Positions 30,101 through 45,100 of a stretch of 64,000 nt of DNA are shown in pieces. How positions within the stretch are numbered: the first letter of the stretch is position 1; each line of letters begins with the position of its first letter. The stretch comes from Eledone cirrhosa (Eukaryota). The notes below the pieces were generated by a model. It was not told where the DNA came from. It did no database searches and worked only from the letters and a program-made list of their open reading frames with translations. The stretch covers positions 26,412,001-26,476,000 of the forward strand of contig OZ024748.1 of assembly GCA_964016885.1 (NCBI GenBank). The letters are read 5' to 3'. Position numbers and translations under genes: made by a program.

Positions 30101-33100
30101 AGATGAACTTACTAGTATTGAATATAGAACTGAGACGTCAACTGAAAAATTACTACCTACGATAACACCTACAAGCACAGCAGAAAAGATCACTGAAACT
30201 ATAACAGACACAACAGCAACAACATCACAGCTTCCTTCAACAAGTGAAATCCATATAGAAACTCCTAAATCTACTTCTGAACTGCCTCATATAACTGACA
30301 TTGAAACAAGTACAGTGGAAAGAACAACACGAATTACAGATATTGAAACTGAACGCACAACTCAGACAGAAATTACACCACAACTAACAACATCTCCTGA
30401 AGAAACAACTGTGTCTACTCAGGTAGAGGACATCGAAAAGGTGACACCAACACAAGTTGCTAGCACAATGCATACATCACCTGAAACAACAGTTGTTTCA
30501 TCTCCAGAACACACCTCTATAACACCTACAGATGAACTTACTAGTATTGAATATACAACTGAGACATCAACTGAAAAACCACTACCTATAAAGACACCTA
30601 CAAGCACAGCTGAAAAGATCACTGAAACTATAACAGACACAACAGCAACAACATCACAGCTTCCTTCAACAAGTGAAATCCATATAGAAACTCCTAAATC
30701 TACTTCTGAACTGCCTCATATAACTGACGTTGAAACAAGTATGATGGAAAGAACAACACAAATTACAGATATTGAAACTGAACGCACAACTCAGACAGAA
30801 ATTACACCACAACTAACAACATCTCCTGAAGAAACAACTCTGTCTACTCAGGTAGAGGACATCGAAAAGGTGACACCAACACGAGTTGCTAGCACAATGC
30901 ATACATCACCTGAAACAACAGTTGTTTCATCTCCTGAACACACCTCTATAACATCTACAGATGAACTTACTAGTATTGAATATAGAACTGAGACATCAAC
31001 TGAAAAATCACTACCTACGATAACACCTACAAGCACAGCAGAAAAGATCACTGAAACTATAACAGACACAACAGCAACAACATCACAGCTTCCTTCAACA
31101 AGTAAAATCCATATAGAAACTCCTAAATCTACTTCTGAACTGCCTCATATAACTGACATTGAAACAAGTACAGTGGAAAGAACAACACAAGTTACAGATA
31201 TTGAAACTGAGCGGACAACTCAGACAGAAATTACACCACAACAAACAACATCTCCTGAAGAAACAACACTGTCTACTCAGGTAGAGGACATCGAAAAGGT
31301 GACACCAACACAAGTTGCTAGCACAATGCATACATCACCTGAAACAACACTTGTTTCATCTCCAGAACACACCTCTATAACACCTACAGATGAACTTACT
31401 AGTATTGAATATACAACTGAGACATCAACTGAAAAACCACTACCTATCAAGACACATACAAGCACAGCAGAAAAGATCACTGAAACTAGAACAGACACAA
31501 CAGCAACAACATCACAGCTTCCTTCAACAAGTGAAATCCATATAGAAACTCCTGAATCTACTTCTGAACTGCCTCATATAACTGACATTGAAACAAGTAC
31601 AGTGGATAGAACAACACAAATTACAGATATTGAGACTGAACGCACAACTCAGACAGAAAGTACACCACAACTAACAACATCTCCTGAAGAAACAACTCTG
31701 TCTACTCAGGTAGAGGACATCGAAAGGGTGACACCAACACAAGTTGCTAGCACAATGCATACATCACCTGAAACAACAGTTGTTTCATCTCCAGAACACA
31801 CCTCTATAACACCTACAGATGAACTTACTAGTATTGAATATACAACTGAGACATCAACTGAAAAACCACTACCTATAAAGACACCTACAAGCACAGCTGA
31901 AAAGATCACTGAAACTATAACAGACACAACAGCAACAATATCACAGCTTCCTTCAACAAGTGAAATCCATATAGAAACTCCTAAATCTACTTCTGAACTG
32001 CCTCATATAACTGACATTGAAACAAGTACAGTGGAAAGAACAACACAAGTTACAGATATTGAAACTGAGCGCACAACTCAGACAGAAATTACACCACAAC
32101 AAACAACATCTCCTGAAGAAACAACACTGTCTACTCAGGTAGAGGACATCGTAAAGGTGACACCAACACAAGTTGCTAGCACAATGCATACATCACCTGA
32201 AATAACAGTTGTTTCATCTCCTGAACACACCTCTATAACACCTACAGATGAACTTACTAGTATTGAATATACAACTGAGACATCAACTGAAAAACCACTA
32301 CCTATCAAGACACCTACAAGCACAGCAGAAAAGATCACTGAAACTAGAACAGACACAACAGCAACAACATCACAGCTTCCTTCAACAAGTGAAATCCATA
32401 TAGAAACTCCTAAATCTACTTCTGAACTGCCTCATATAACTGACATTGAAACAAGTACAGCGGAAAGGACAACACAAATTACAGATATTGAAACTGAACG
32501 CACAACTCAGACAGAAATTACACCACAACTAACAACATCTCCTGAAGAAACAACTCTGTCTACTCAGGTAGAGGACATCGTAAAGGTGACACCAACACAG
32601 GTTGCTAGCACAATGCATACATCACCTGAAACAACAGTTGTTTCATCTCCAGAACACACCTCTATAACACCTACAGATGAACTTACTAGTATTGAATATA
32701 CAACTGAGACATCAACTGAAAAACCACTACCTATAAAGACACCTACAAGCACAGCTGAAAAGATCACTGAAACTAGAACAGACACAACAGTAACAACATC
32801 ACAGCTTCCTTTAAGAACAACACAAGTTACAGATATTGAAACTGAGCGCACAACTCAGACAGAAATTACACCACAACAAACAACATCTCCTAAAGAAACA
32901 ACACTGTCTACTCATATAACTGACATTGAAACAAGTACAGTGGAAAGAACAACACAAATTACAGATATTGAAACTGAACGCACAACTCAGACAGAAATTA
33001 CACCACAACTAACAACATCTCCTGAAGAAACAACTCTGTCTACTCAGGTAGAGGACATCGAAAAGGTGACACCAACAACAGTTGTTTCATCTCCAGAACA

Positions 33101-36100
33101 CACCTCTATAACACCTACAGATGAACTTACTAGTATTGAATATACAACTGAGACATCAACTGAAAAACCACTACCTGTCAAGACACATACAAGCACCGCA
33201 GAAAAGATCACTGAAACTAGAACAGACACAACAGCAACAACATCACAGTTTCCTTTAACAAGTGAAATCCATATAGAAACTCATAAATCTACTTCTGAAC
33301 TGCCTCATATAACTGACATTGAAAAAAGTACAGTGGAAAGAACAACACAAATTACAGATATTGAAACTGAACGCACAACTCAGACAGAAATTACACCACA
33401 ACTAACAACATCTCCTGAAGAAACAACTCTGTCTACTCAGGTAGAGGACATCGAAAAGGTGACACCAACACAAGTTGCTAGCACAATGCATACATCACCT
33501 GAAACAACAGTTGTTTCATCTCCAGAACACACCTCTATAACAGCTACAGATGAACTTACTAGTATTGAATATACAACTGAGACATCAACTGAAAAACCAC
33601 TACCTATGACAACACGTACAAGCACAGCAGAAAAGATCACTGAAACTAGAACAGACACAACAGCAACAACATCACAGCTTCCTTCAACAAGTGAAATCCA
33701 TATAGAAACTCCTAAATCTACTTCTGAACTGCCTCATATAACTGACATTGAAACAAGTACAGTGGAAAGAACAACACAAGTTACAGATATTGAAACTGAG
33801 CGCACAACTCAGACAGAAATTACACCACAACAAACAACATCTCCTGAAGAAACAACACTGTCTACTCAGGTAGAGGACATCGTAGAGGTGACAGCAACAC
33901 AAGTTTCTAGCACAATGCTTACATCACCTGAAACGACAGTTGTTTCATCTCCTGAACACACCTCTATGACACCTACAGATGAACATACTAGTATTGAATA
34001 TAGAACTGAGACATCAACTGAAAAACCACTACCTATAAAGACACCTACAAGCACAGCTGAAAAGATCACTGAAACTATAACAGACATAACAGCAACAACA
34101 TCACAGCTTCCTTCAACAAGTGAAATCCATATAGAAACTCCTAAATCTACTTCTGAACTGCCTCATATAACTGACATTGAAACAAGTACAGTGGAAAGAA
34201 CAACACACGTTACAGATATTGAAACTGAACGCACAACTCAGACAGAAATTACACCACAACTAACAACATCTCCTGAAGAAACAACTCTGTCTACTCAGGT
34301 AGAGGACATCGAAAAGGTGACACCAACACAAGTTGCTAGCACAATGCATACATCACCTGAAAGAACAGTTGTTTCATCTCCTGAACACACTTCTATAACA
34401 CCTACAGATGAACTCACTATTAATGAATACATAACTGAGACATCAACAGAAAAATCACTACCTATGACAACACCTACAAGCACAGCAGAAAAGATCACTG
34501 AAATTAGAACAGACACAGCAGCAACAACATCACAGCTTCCTTCAACAAGTGAAATCCATATAGAAACTCATAAATCTACTTCTGAACTGCCTCATATAAC
34601 TGACATTGAAAAAAGTACAGTGGAAAGAACAACACAAGTTACAAATATTGAAACTGAGCGCACAACTCAGACAAAAATTACACCACAACAAACAACATCT
34701 CCTGAAGAAACAACGCTGTCTACTCAGGTAGAGGACATCGTAAAGGTGACACCAACACAAGTTGCTAGCACAATGCATACATCACCTGAAACAACAGTTG
34801 TTTCATCTCCTGAACACACCTCTATAACACCTAGAGATGAACTTACTAGTATTGAATATACAACTGAGACATCAACTGAAAAACCACTACCTATAAATAC
34901 ACCTACAAGCACAGCTGAAAAGATCACTGAAACTATAACAGACACAACAGCAACAACATCACAGCTTCCTTCAACAAGTGAAATCCATATAGAAACTCCT
35001 AAATCTACTTCTGAACTGCCTCATATAACTGACATTGAAACAAGTACAATGGAAAGAACAACACAAATTACAGATATTGAAACTGAACGCACAACTCAGA
35101 CAGAAATTACACCACAACTAACAACATCTCCTGAAGAAACCACTCTGTCTACTCAGGTAGAGGATATCGAAAAGGTGACACCAACACAAGTTGCTAGCAC
35201 AATGCATACATCACCTGAAACAACAGTTGTTTCATCTCCAGAACACACCTCTATAACACCTACAGATGAACTTACTAGTATTGAATATAGAACTGAGACA
35301 TCAACTGAAAAATCACTACCTACGATAACACCTACAAGCACAGCAGAAAAGATCACTGAAACTAGAACAGACACAACAGCAACAACATCACAGCTTCCTT
35401 CAACAAGTGAAATCCATATAGAAACTCCTAAATCTACTTCTGAACTGCCTCATATAACTGACATTGAAACAAGTACAGCGGAAAGGACAACACAAATTAC
35501 AGATATTGAAACTGAACGCACAACTCAGACAGAAATTACACCACAACTAACAACATCTCCTGAAGAAACAACTCTGTCTACTCAGGTAGAGGACATCGTA
35601 AAGGTGACACCAACACAAGTTGCTAACACAATGCATACATCACCTGAAACAACAGTTGTTTCATCTCCAGAACACACCTCTATAACACCTACAGATGAAC
35701 TTACTAGTATTGAATATACAACTGAGACATCAACTGAAAAACCACTACCTATAAAGACACCTACAAGCACAGCAGAAAAGATCACTGAAACTAGACCAGA
35801 CACAACAGCAACAACATCACAGCTTCCTTCAACAAGTGAAATCCATATAGAAACTCCAAAATCTACTTCTGAACTGCCTCATATAACGGACATTGAAACA
35901 AGTACAGTGGAAAGAACAACACAAATTACAGATATTGAAACTGAACGCACAACTCAGACAGAAGTTACACCACAACTAACAACATCTCCTGAAGAAACAA
36001 CTCTGTCTACTCAGGTAGAGGACATCGAAAAGGTGACACCAACACAAGTTGCTAGCACAATGCATACATCACCTGAAACGACAGTTGTTTCATCTCCAGA

Positions 36101-39100
36101 ACACACCTCTATAACACCTACAGATGAACTTACTAGTATTGAATATACAACTGAGACATCAACTGAAAAACCACTACCTATAAAGACACCTACAAGCACA
36201 GCTGAAAAGATCACTGAAACTATAACAGACACAACAGCAACAACATCACAGCTTCCTTCAACAAGTAAAATCCATATAGAAACTCATAAATCTACTTCTG
36301 AACTGCCTCATATAACAGACATTGAAACAAGTACAATGGAAAGAACAACACAAATTACAGACATTGAAACTGAACGCACAACTCAGACAGAAATTACACC
36401 ACAACTAACAACATCTCCTGAAGAAACAACTCTGTCTACTCAGGTAGAGGACATCGAAAAGGTGACACCAACACAAGTTGCTAGCACAATGCATACATCA
36501 CCTGAAACAACAGTTGTTTCATGTCCAGAACACACCTCTATAACACCTACAGATGAACTTACTAGTATTGAATATAGAACTGAGACATCAACTGAAAAAT
36601 CACTACCTACGATAACACCTACAAGCACAGCAGAAAAGATCACTGAACCTAGAACAGACACAACACCAACAACATCACAGCTTCCTTCAACAAGTGAAAT
36701 CCATATAGAAACTCCTAAATCTACTTCTGAACTGCCTCATATAACTGACATTGAAACAAGTACAGTGGAAAGAACAACACGAGTTACAGATATTGAAACT
36801 GAGCGCACAACTCAGGCAGAAATTACACCACAACAAACAACATCTCCTGAAGAAACAACACTGTCTACTCAGGTAGAGGACATCGTAAAGGTGACACCAA
36901 CACAAGTTGTTAGCACAATGCATACATCACCTGAAACAACAGTTGTTTCATCTCCAGAACACACCTCTATAACACCTACAGATGAACTTACTAGTATTGA
37001 ATATACAACTGAGACATCAACTGAAAAACCACTACCTATAAAGACACCTACAAGCACAGCTGAAAAGATCACTGAAACTAGAACAGACACAACAGTAACA
37101 ACATCACAGCTTCCTTTAAGAACAACACAAGTTACAGATATTGAAACTGAGCGCACAACTCAGACAGAAATTACACCACAACAAACAACATCTCCTAAAG
37201 AAACAACACTGTCTACTCATATAACTGACATTGAAACAAGTACAGTGGAAAGAACAACACAAATTACAGATATTGAAACTGAACGCACAACTCAGACAGA
37301 AATTACACCACAACTAACAACATCTCCTGAAGAAACAACTCTGTCTACTCAGGTAGAGGACATCGAAAAGGTGACACCAACAACAGTTGTTTCATCTCCA
37401 GAACACACCTCTATAACACCTACAGATGAACTTACTAGTATTGAATATACAACTGAGACATCAACTGAAAAACCACTACCATTCAAGACACATACAAGCA
37501 CCGCAGAAAAGATCACTGAAACTAGAACAGACACAACAGCAACAACATCACAGTTTCCTTTAACAAGTGAAATCCATATAGAAACTCATAAATCTACTTC
37601 TGAACTGCCTCATATAACTGACATTGAAAAAAGTACAGTGGAAAGAACAACACAAATTACAGATATTGAAACTGAACGCACAACTCAGACAGAAATTACA
37701 CCACAACTAACAACATCTCCTGAAGAAACAACTCTGTCTACTCAGGTAGAGGACATCGAAAAGGTGACACCAACACAAGTTGCTAGCACAATGCATACAT
37801 CACCTGAAACAACAGTTGTTTCATCTCCAGAACACACCTCTATAACACCTACAGATGAACTTACTAGTATTGAATATAGAACTGAGACATCAACTGAAAA
37901 ACCACTACCTATAAAGACACCTACAAGCACAGCAGAAAAGATCACTGAAACTAGAACAGACACAACAGCAACGACATCACAGCTTCCTTTAACAAGTGAA
38001 ATCCATATAGAAACTCCTAAATCTACTTCTGAACTGCCTCATATAACTGACATTGAAACAAGTACAGTGGAAAGAACAACACAAATTACAGATATTGAAA
38101 CTGAACGCACAACTCAGACAGAAATTACACCACAACTAACAACATCTCCTGAAGAAACAACTCTGTCTACTCAGGTAGAGGACATCGAAAGGGTGACACC
38201 AACACAAGTTGCTAGCACAATGCATACATCACCTGAAACAACAGTTGTTTCATCTCCAGAACACACCTCTATAACACCTACAGATGAACTTACTAGTATT
38301 GAATATACAACTGAGACATCAACTGAAAAACCACTACCTATGACAACACGTACAAGCACAGCAGAAAAGATCACTGAAACTAGAACAGACACAACAGCAA
38401 CAACATCACAGCTTCCTTCAACAAGTGAAATCCATATAGAAACTCCTAAATCTACTTCTGAACTGCCTCATATAACTGACATTGAAACAAGTACAGTGGA
38501 AAGAACAACACAAGTTACAGATATTGAAACTGAGCGCACAACTCAGACAGAAATTACACCACAACAAACAACATCTCCTGAAGAAACAACACTGTCTACT
38601 CAGGTAGAGGACATCGTAGAGGTGACAGCAACACAAGTTGCTAGCACAATGCATACATCACCTGAAACGACAGTTGTTTCATCTCCTGAACACACCTCTA
38701 TGACACCTACAGATGAACATACTAGTATTGAATATAGAACTGAGACATCAACTGAAAAACCACTACCTATAAAGACACCTACAAGCACAGCTGAAAAGAT
38801 CACTGAAACTATAACAGACATAACAGCAACAACATCACAGCTTCCTTCAACAAGTGAAATCCATATAGAAACTCCTAAATCTACTTCTGAACTGCCTCAT
38901 ATAACTGACATTGAAACAAGTACAGTGGAAAGAACAACACAAATTACAGATATTGAGACTGAACGCACAACTCAGACAGAAAGTACACCACAACTAACAA
39001 CATCTCCTGAAGAAACAACTCTGTCTACTCAGGTAGAGGACATCGAAAAGGTGACACCAACACAAGTTGCTAGCACAATGCATACATCACCTGAAACAAC

Positions 39101-42100
39101 AGTTGTTTCATCTCCAGAACACACCTCTATAACACCTACAGATGAACTTACTAGTATTGAATATACAACTGAGACATCAACTGAAAAACCACTACCTATA
39201 AAGACACCTACAAGCACAGCTGAAAAGATCACTGAAACTATAACAGACACAACAGCAACAACATCACAGCTTCCTTCAACAAGTGAAATCCATATAGAAA
39301 CTCCTAAATCTACTTCTGAACTGCCTCATATAACTGACATTGAAACAAGTACAATGGAAAGAACAACACAAATTACAGATATTGAAACTGAACGCACAAC
39401 TCAGACAGAAATTACACCACAACTAACAACATCTCCTGAAGAAACCACTCTGTCTACTCAGGTAGAGGATATCGAAAAGGTGACACCAACACAAGTTGCT
39501 AGCACAATGCATACATCACCTGAAACAACAGTTGTTTCATCTCCAGAACACACCTCTATAACACCTACAGATGAACTTACTAGTATTGAATATAGAACTG
39601 AGACATCAACTGAAAAACCACTACCTATAAAGACACCTACAAGCACAGCTGAAAAGATCACTGAAACTATAACAGACATAACAGCAACAACATCACAGCT
39701 TCCTTCAACAAGTGAAATCCATATAGAAACTCCTAAATCTACTTCTGAACTGCCTCATATAACTGACATTGAAACAAGTACAGTGGAAAGAACAACACAA
39801 ATTACAGATATTGAGACTGAACGCACAACTCAGACAGAAAGTACACCACAACTAACAACATCTCCTGAAGAAACAACTCTGTCTACTCAGGTAGAGGACA
39901 TCGAAAAGGTGACACCAACACAAGTTGCTAGCACAATGCATACATCACCTGAAACAACAGTTGTTTCATCTCCAGAACACACCTCTATAACACCTACAGA
40001 TGAACTTACTAGTATTGAATATACAACTGAGACATCAACTGAAAAACCACTACCTATAAAGACACCTACAAGCACAGCTGAAAAGATCACTGAAACTATA
40101 ACAGACACAACAGCAACAACATCACAGCTTCCTTCAACAAGTGAAATCCATATAGAAACTCCTAAATCTACTTCTGAACTGCCTCATATAACTGACATTG
40201 AAACAAGTACAGTGGAAAGAACAACACGAGTTACAGATATTGAAACTGAGCGCACAACTCAGGCAGAAATTACACCACAACAAACAACATCTCCTGAAGA
40301 AACAACACTGTCTACTCAGGTAGAGGACATCGAAAAGGTGACACCAACACAAGTTGCTAGCACAATGCATACATCACCTGAAAGAACAGTTGTTTCATCT
40401 CCTGAACACACCTCTATAACACCTACAGATGAACTTACTAGTATTGAATATAGAACTGAGACATCAACTGAAAAATCACTACCTACGATAACACCTACAA
40501 GCACAGCAGAAAAGATCACTGAAACCATAACAGACACAACAGCAACAACATCACAGCTTCCTTCAACAAGTGAAATCCGTATAGAAACTCCTAAATCTAC
40601 TTCTGAACTGCCTCATATAACTGACATTGAAACAAGTACAGCGGAAAGGACAACACAAATTACAGATATTGAAACTGAACGCACAACTCAGACAGAAATT
40701 ACACCACAACTAACAACATCTCCTGAAGAAACAACTCTGTCTACTCAGGTAGAGGACATCGTAAAGGTGACACCAACACAAGTTGCTAGCACAATGCATA
40801 CATCACCTGAAACAACAGTTGTTTCATCTCCAGAACACACCTCTATAACACCTACAGATGAACTTACTAGTATTGAATATACAACTGTGACATCAACTGA
40901 AAAACCACTACCTATAAAGACACCTACAAGCACAGCTGAAAAGATCACTGAAACTATAACAGACACAACAGCAAGAACATCGCAGCTTCCTTCAACAAGT
41001 GAAATCCATATAGAAACTCCTAAATCTACTTCTGAACTGCCTCATATAACAGACATTGAAACAAGTACAATGGAAAGAACAACACAAATTACAGATATTG
41101 AAACTGAACGCACAACTCAGACAGAAATTACACCACAACAAACAACATCTCCTGAAGAAACCACTCTGTCTACTCAGGTAGAGGACATCGAAAAGGTGAC
41201 ACCAACAGAAGTTGCTAGCACGATGCATACATCACCTGAAACAACAGTTGTTTCATCTCCAGAACACACCTCTATAACACCTACAGATGAACTTACTAGT
41301 ATTGAATATAGAACTGAGACATCAACTGAAAAATCACTACCTACGATAACACCTACAAGCACAGCAGAAAAGATCACTGAAACTATAACAGACACAACAG
41401 CAACAACATCACAGCTTCCTTCAACAAGTGAAATCCATATAGAAACTCCTAAATCTACTTCTGAACTGCCTCATATAACTGACATTGAAACAAGTACAGT
41501 GGAAAGAACAACACAAATTACAGATATTGAAACTGAACGCACAACTCAGACAGAAATTACACCACAACTAACAACATCTCCTGAAAAAACAACTCTGTCT
41601 ACTCAGGTAGAGGACATCGAAAGGGTGACACCAACACAAGTTGCTAGCACAATGCATACATCACCTGAAACAAAAGTTGTTTCATCTTCTGAACACACCT
41701 CTATAACACCTACAGATGAACTTACTAGTATTGAATATAGAACTGAGACATCAACTGAAAAATCACTACCTACGATAACACCTACAAGCACAGCAGAAAA
41801 GATCACTGAAAATATAACAGACACAACAGCAACAACGTCACAGCTTCCTTCAACAAGTGAAATCCATATAGAAACTCCTAAATCTACTTCTGAACTGCCT
41901 CATATAACTGACATTGAAACAAGTACAGTGGAAAGAACAACACAAGTTACAGATATTGAAACGGAACGCACAACTCAGACAGAAATTACACCACAACTAA
42001 CAACATCTCCTGAAGAAACAACTCTGTTTACTCAGGTAGAGGACATTGAAAAGGTGACACCAACACAAGTTGCTAGCACAATGCATACATCACCTGAAAC

Positions 42101-45100
42101 AACAGTTGTTTCGTCTCCAGAACACACCTCTATAACACCTACACATGAACTTACTAGTATTGAATATACAACTGAGACATCAACTGAAAAACCACTACCT
42201 ATAAAGACACCTACAAGCACAGCTGAAAAGATCACTGAAACTATAACAGACACAACAGCAACAATATCACAGCTTCTTTCAACAAGTGAAACCCATATAG
42301 AAACTCCTAAATCTACTTCTGAACTGCCTCATATAACTGACATTGAAACAAGTACAGTGGAAAGAACAACACAAGTTACAGATATTGAAACTGAGCGCAC
42401 AACTCAGACAGAAATTACACCACAACAAACAACATCTCCTGAAGAAACAACACTGTCTACTCAGGTAGAGGACATCGTAAAGGTGACACCAACACAAGTT
42501 GCTAGCACAATGCATACATCACCTGAAACAAAAGTTGTTTCATCTGAACACACCTCTATAACACCTACAGATGAACTTACTAGTATTGAATATACAACTG
42601 AGACATCAACTGAAAAACCACTACCTATGACAACACGTACAAGCACAGCAGAAAAGATCACTGAAACTAGAACAGACACAACAGCAACAACATCACAGCT
42701 TCCTTCAACAAGTGAAATCCATATAGAAACTCCTAAATCTACTTCTGAACTGCCTCATATAACTGACATTGAAACAAGTACAGTGGAAAGAACAACACAA
42801 GTTACAGATATTGAAACTGAGCGCACAACTCAGACAGAAATTACACCACAACAAACAACATCTCCTGAAGAAACAACACTGTCTACTCAGGTAGAGGACA
42901 TCGTAGAGGTGACAGCAACACAAGTTGCTAGCACAATGCATACATCACCTGAAACGACAGTTGTTTCATCTCCTGAACACACCTCTATGACACCTACAGA
43001 TGAACATACTAGTATTGAATATAGAACTGAGACATCAACTGAAAAACCACTACCTATAAAGACACCTACAAGCACAGCTGAAAAGATCACTGAAACTATA
43101 ACAGACATAACAGCAACAACATCACAGCTTCCTTCAACAAGTGAAATCCATATAGAAACTCCTAAATCTACTTCTGAACTGCCTCATATAACTGACATTG
43201 AAACAAGTACAGTGGAAAGAACAACACAAATTACAGATATTGAGACTGAACGCACAACTCAGACAGAAAGTACACCACAACTAACAACATCTCCTGAAGA
43301 AACAACTCTGTCTACTCAGGTAGAGGACATCGAAAAGGTGACACCAACACAAGTTGCTAGCACAATGCATACATCACCTGAAACAACAGTTGTTTCATCT
43401 CCAGAACACACCTCTATAACACCTACAGATGAACTTACTAGTATTGAATATACAACTGAGACATCAACTGAAAAACCACTACCTATAAAGACACCTACAA
43501 GCACAGCTGAAAAGATCACTGAAACTATAACAGACACAACAGCAACAACATCACAGCTTCCTTCAACAAGTGAAATCCATATAGAAACTCCTAAATCTAC
43601 TTCTGAACTGCCTCATATAACTGACATTGAAACAAGTACAGTGGAAAGAACAACACAAATTACAGATATTGAAACTGAACGCACAACTCAGACAGAAATT
43701 ACACCACAACTAACAACATCTCCTGAAAAAACAACTCTGTCTACTCAGGTAGAGGACATCGAAAGGGTGACACCAACACAAGTTGCTAGCACAATGCATA
43801 CATCACCTGAAACAAAAGTTGTTTCATCTTCTGAACACACCTCTATAACACCTACAGATGAACTTACTAGTATTGAATATAGAACTGAGACATCAACTGA
43901 AAAATCACTACCTACGATAACACCTACAAGCACAGCAGAAAAGATCACTGAAAATATAACAGACACAACAGCAACAACGTCACAGCTTCCTTCAACAAGT
44001 GAAATCCATATAGAAACTCCTAAATCTACTTCTGAACTGCCTCATATAACTGACATTGAAACAAGTACAGTGGAAAGAACAACACAAGTTACAGATATTG
44101 AAACTGAGCGCACAACTCAGACAGAAATTACACCACAACAAACAACATCTGAAGAAACAACACTGTCTACTCAGGTAGAGGACATCGTAAAGGTGACACC
44201 AACACAAGTTGCTAGCACAATGCATACATCACCTGAAACAACAGTTGTTTCATCTCCAGAAATCACCTCTATAACACCTACAGATGAACTTACTATTATT
44301 GAATATACAACTGTGACATCAACTGAAAAACCACTACCTATAAAGACACCTACAAGCACAGCTGAAAAGATCACTGAAACTAGAACAGACACAACAGCAA
44401 CAACATCACAGCTTCCTTCAGCAAGTGAAATCCATATAGAAACTCCTAAATCTACTTCTGAACTGCCTCATATAACAGACATTGAAACAAGTACAATGGA
44501 AAGAACAACACAAATTACAGATATTGAAACGGAACGCACAACTCAGACAGAAATTACACCACAACTAACAACATCTCCTGAAGAAACAACTCTGTTTACT
44601 CAGGTAGAGGACATTGAAAAGGTGACACCAACACAAGTTGCTAGCACAATGCATACATCACCTGAAACAACAGTTGTTTCGTCTCCAGAACACACCTCTA
44701 TAACACCTACACATGAACTTACTAGTATTGAATATACAACTGAGACATCAACTGAAAAACCACTACCTATAAAGACACCTACAAGCACAGCTGAAAAGAT
44801 CACTGAAACTATAACAGACACAACAGCAACAACATCAAAGCTTCCTTCAACAAGTGAAACCCATATAGAAACTCCTAAATCTACTTCTGAACTGCCTCAT
44901 ATAACTTACATTGAAACAAGTACAGTGGAAAGAACAACACAAATTACAGATATTGAAACTGAACGCACAACTCAGACAGAAATTACACCACAACTAACAA
45001 CATCTCCTGAAGAAACAAGTCTGTCTACTCAGGTAGAGGACATCGAAAGGGTGCCACCAACACAAGTTGCTAGCACAATGCATACATCACCTGAAACAAC

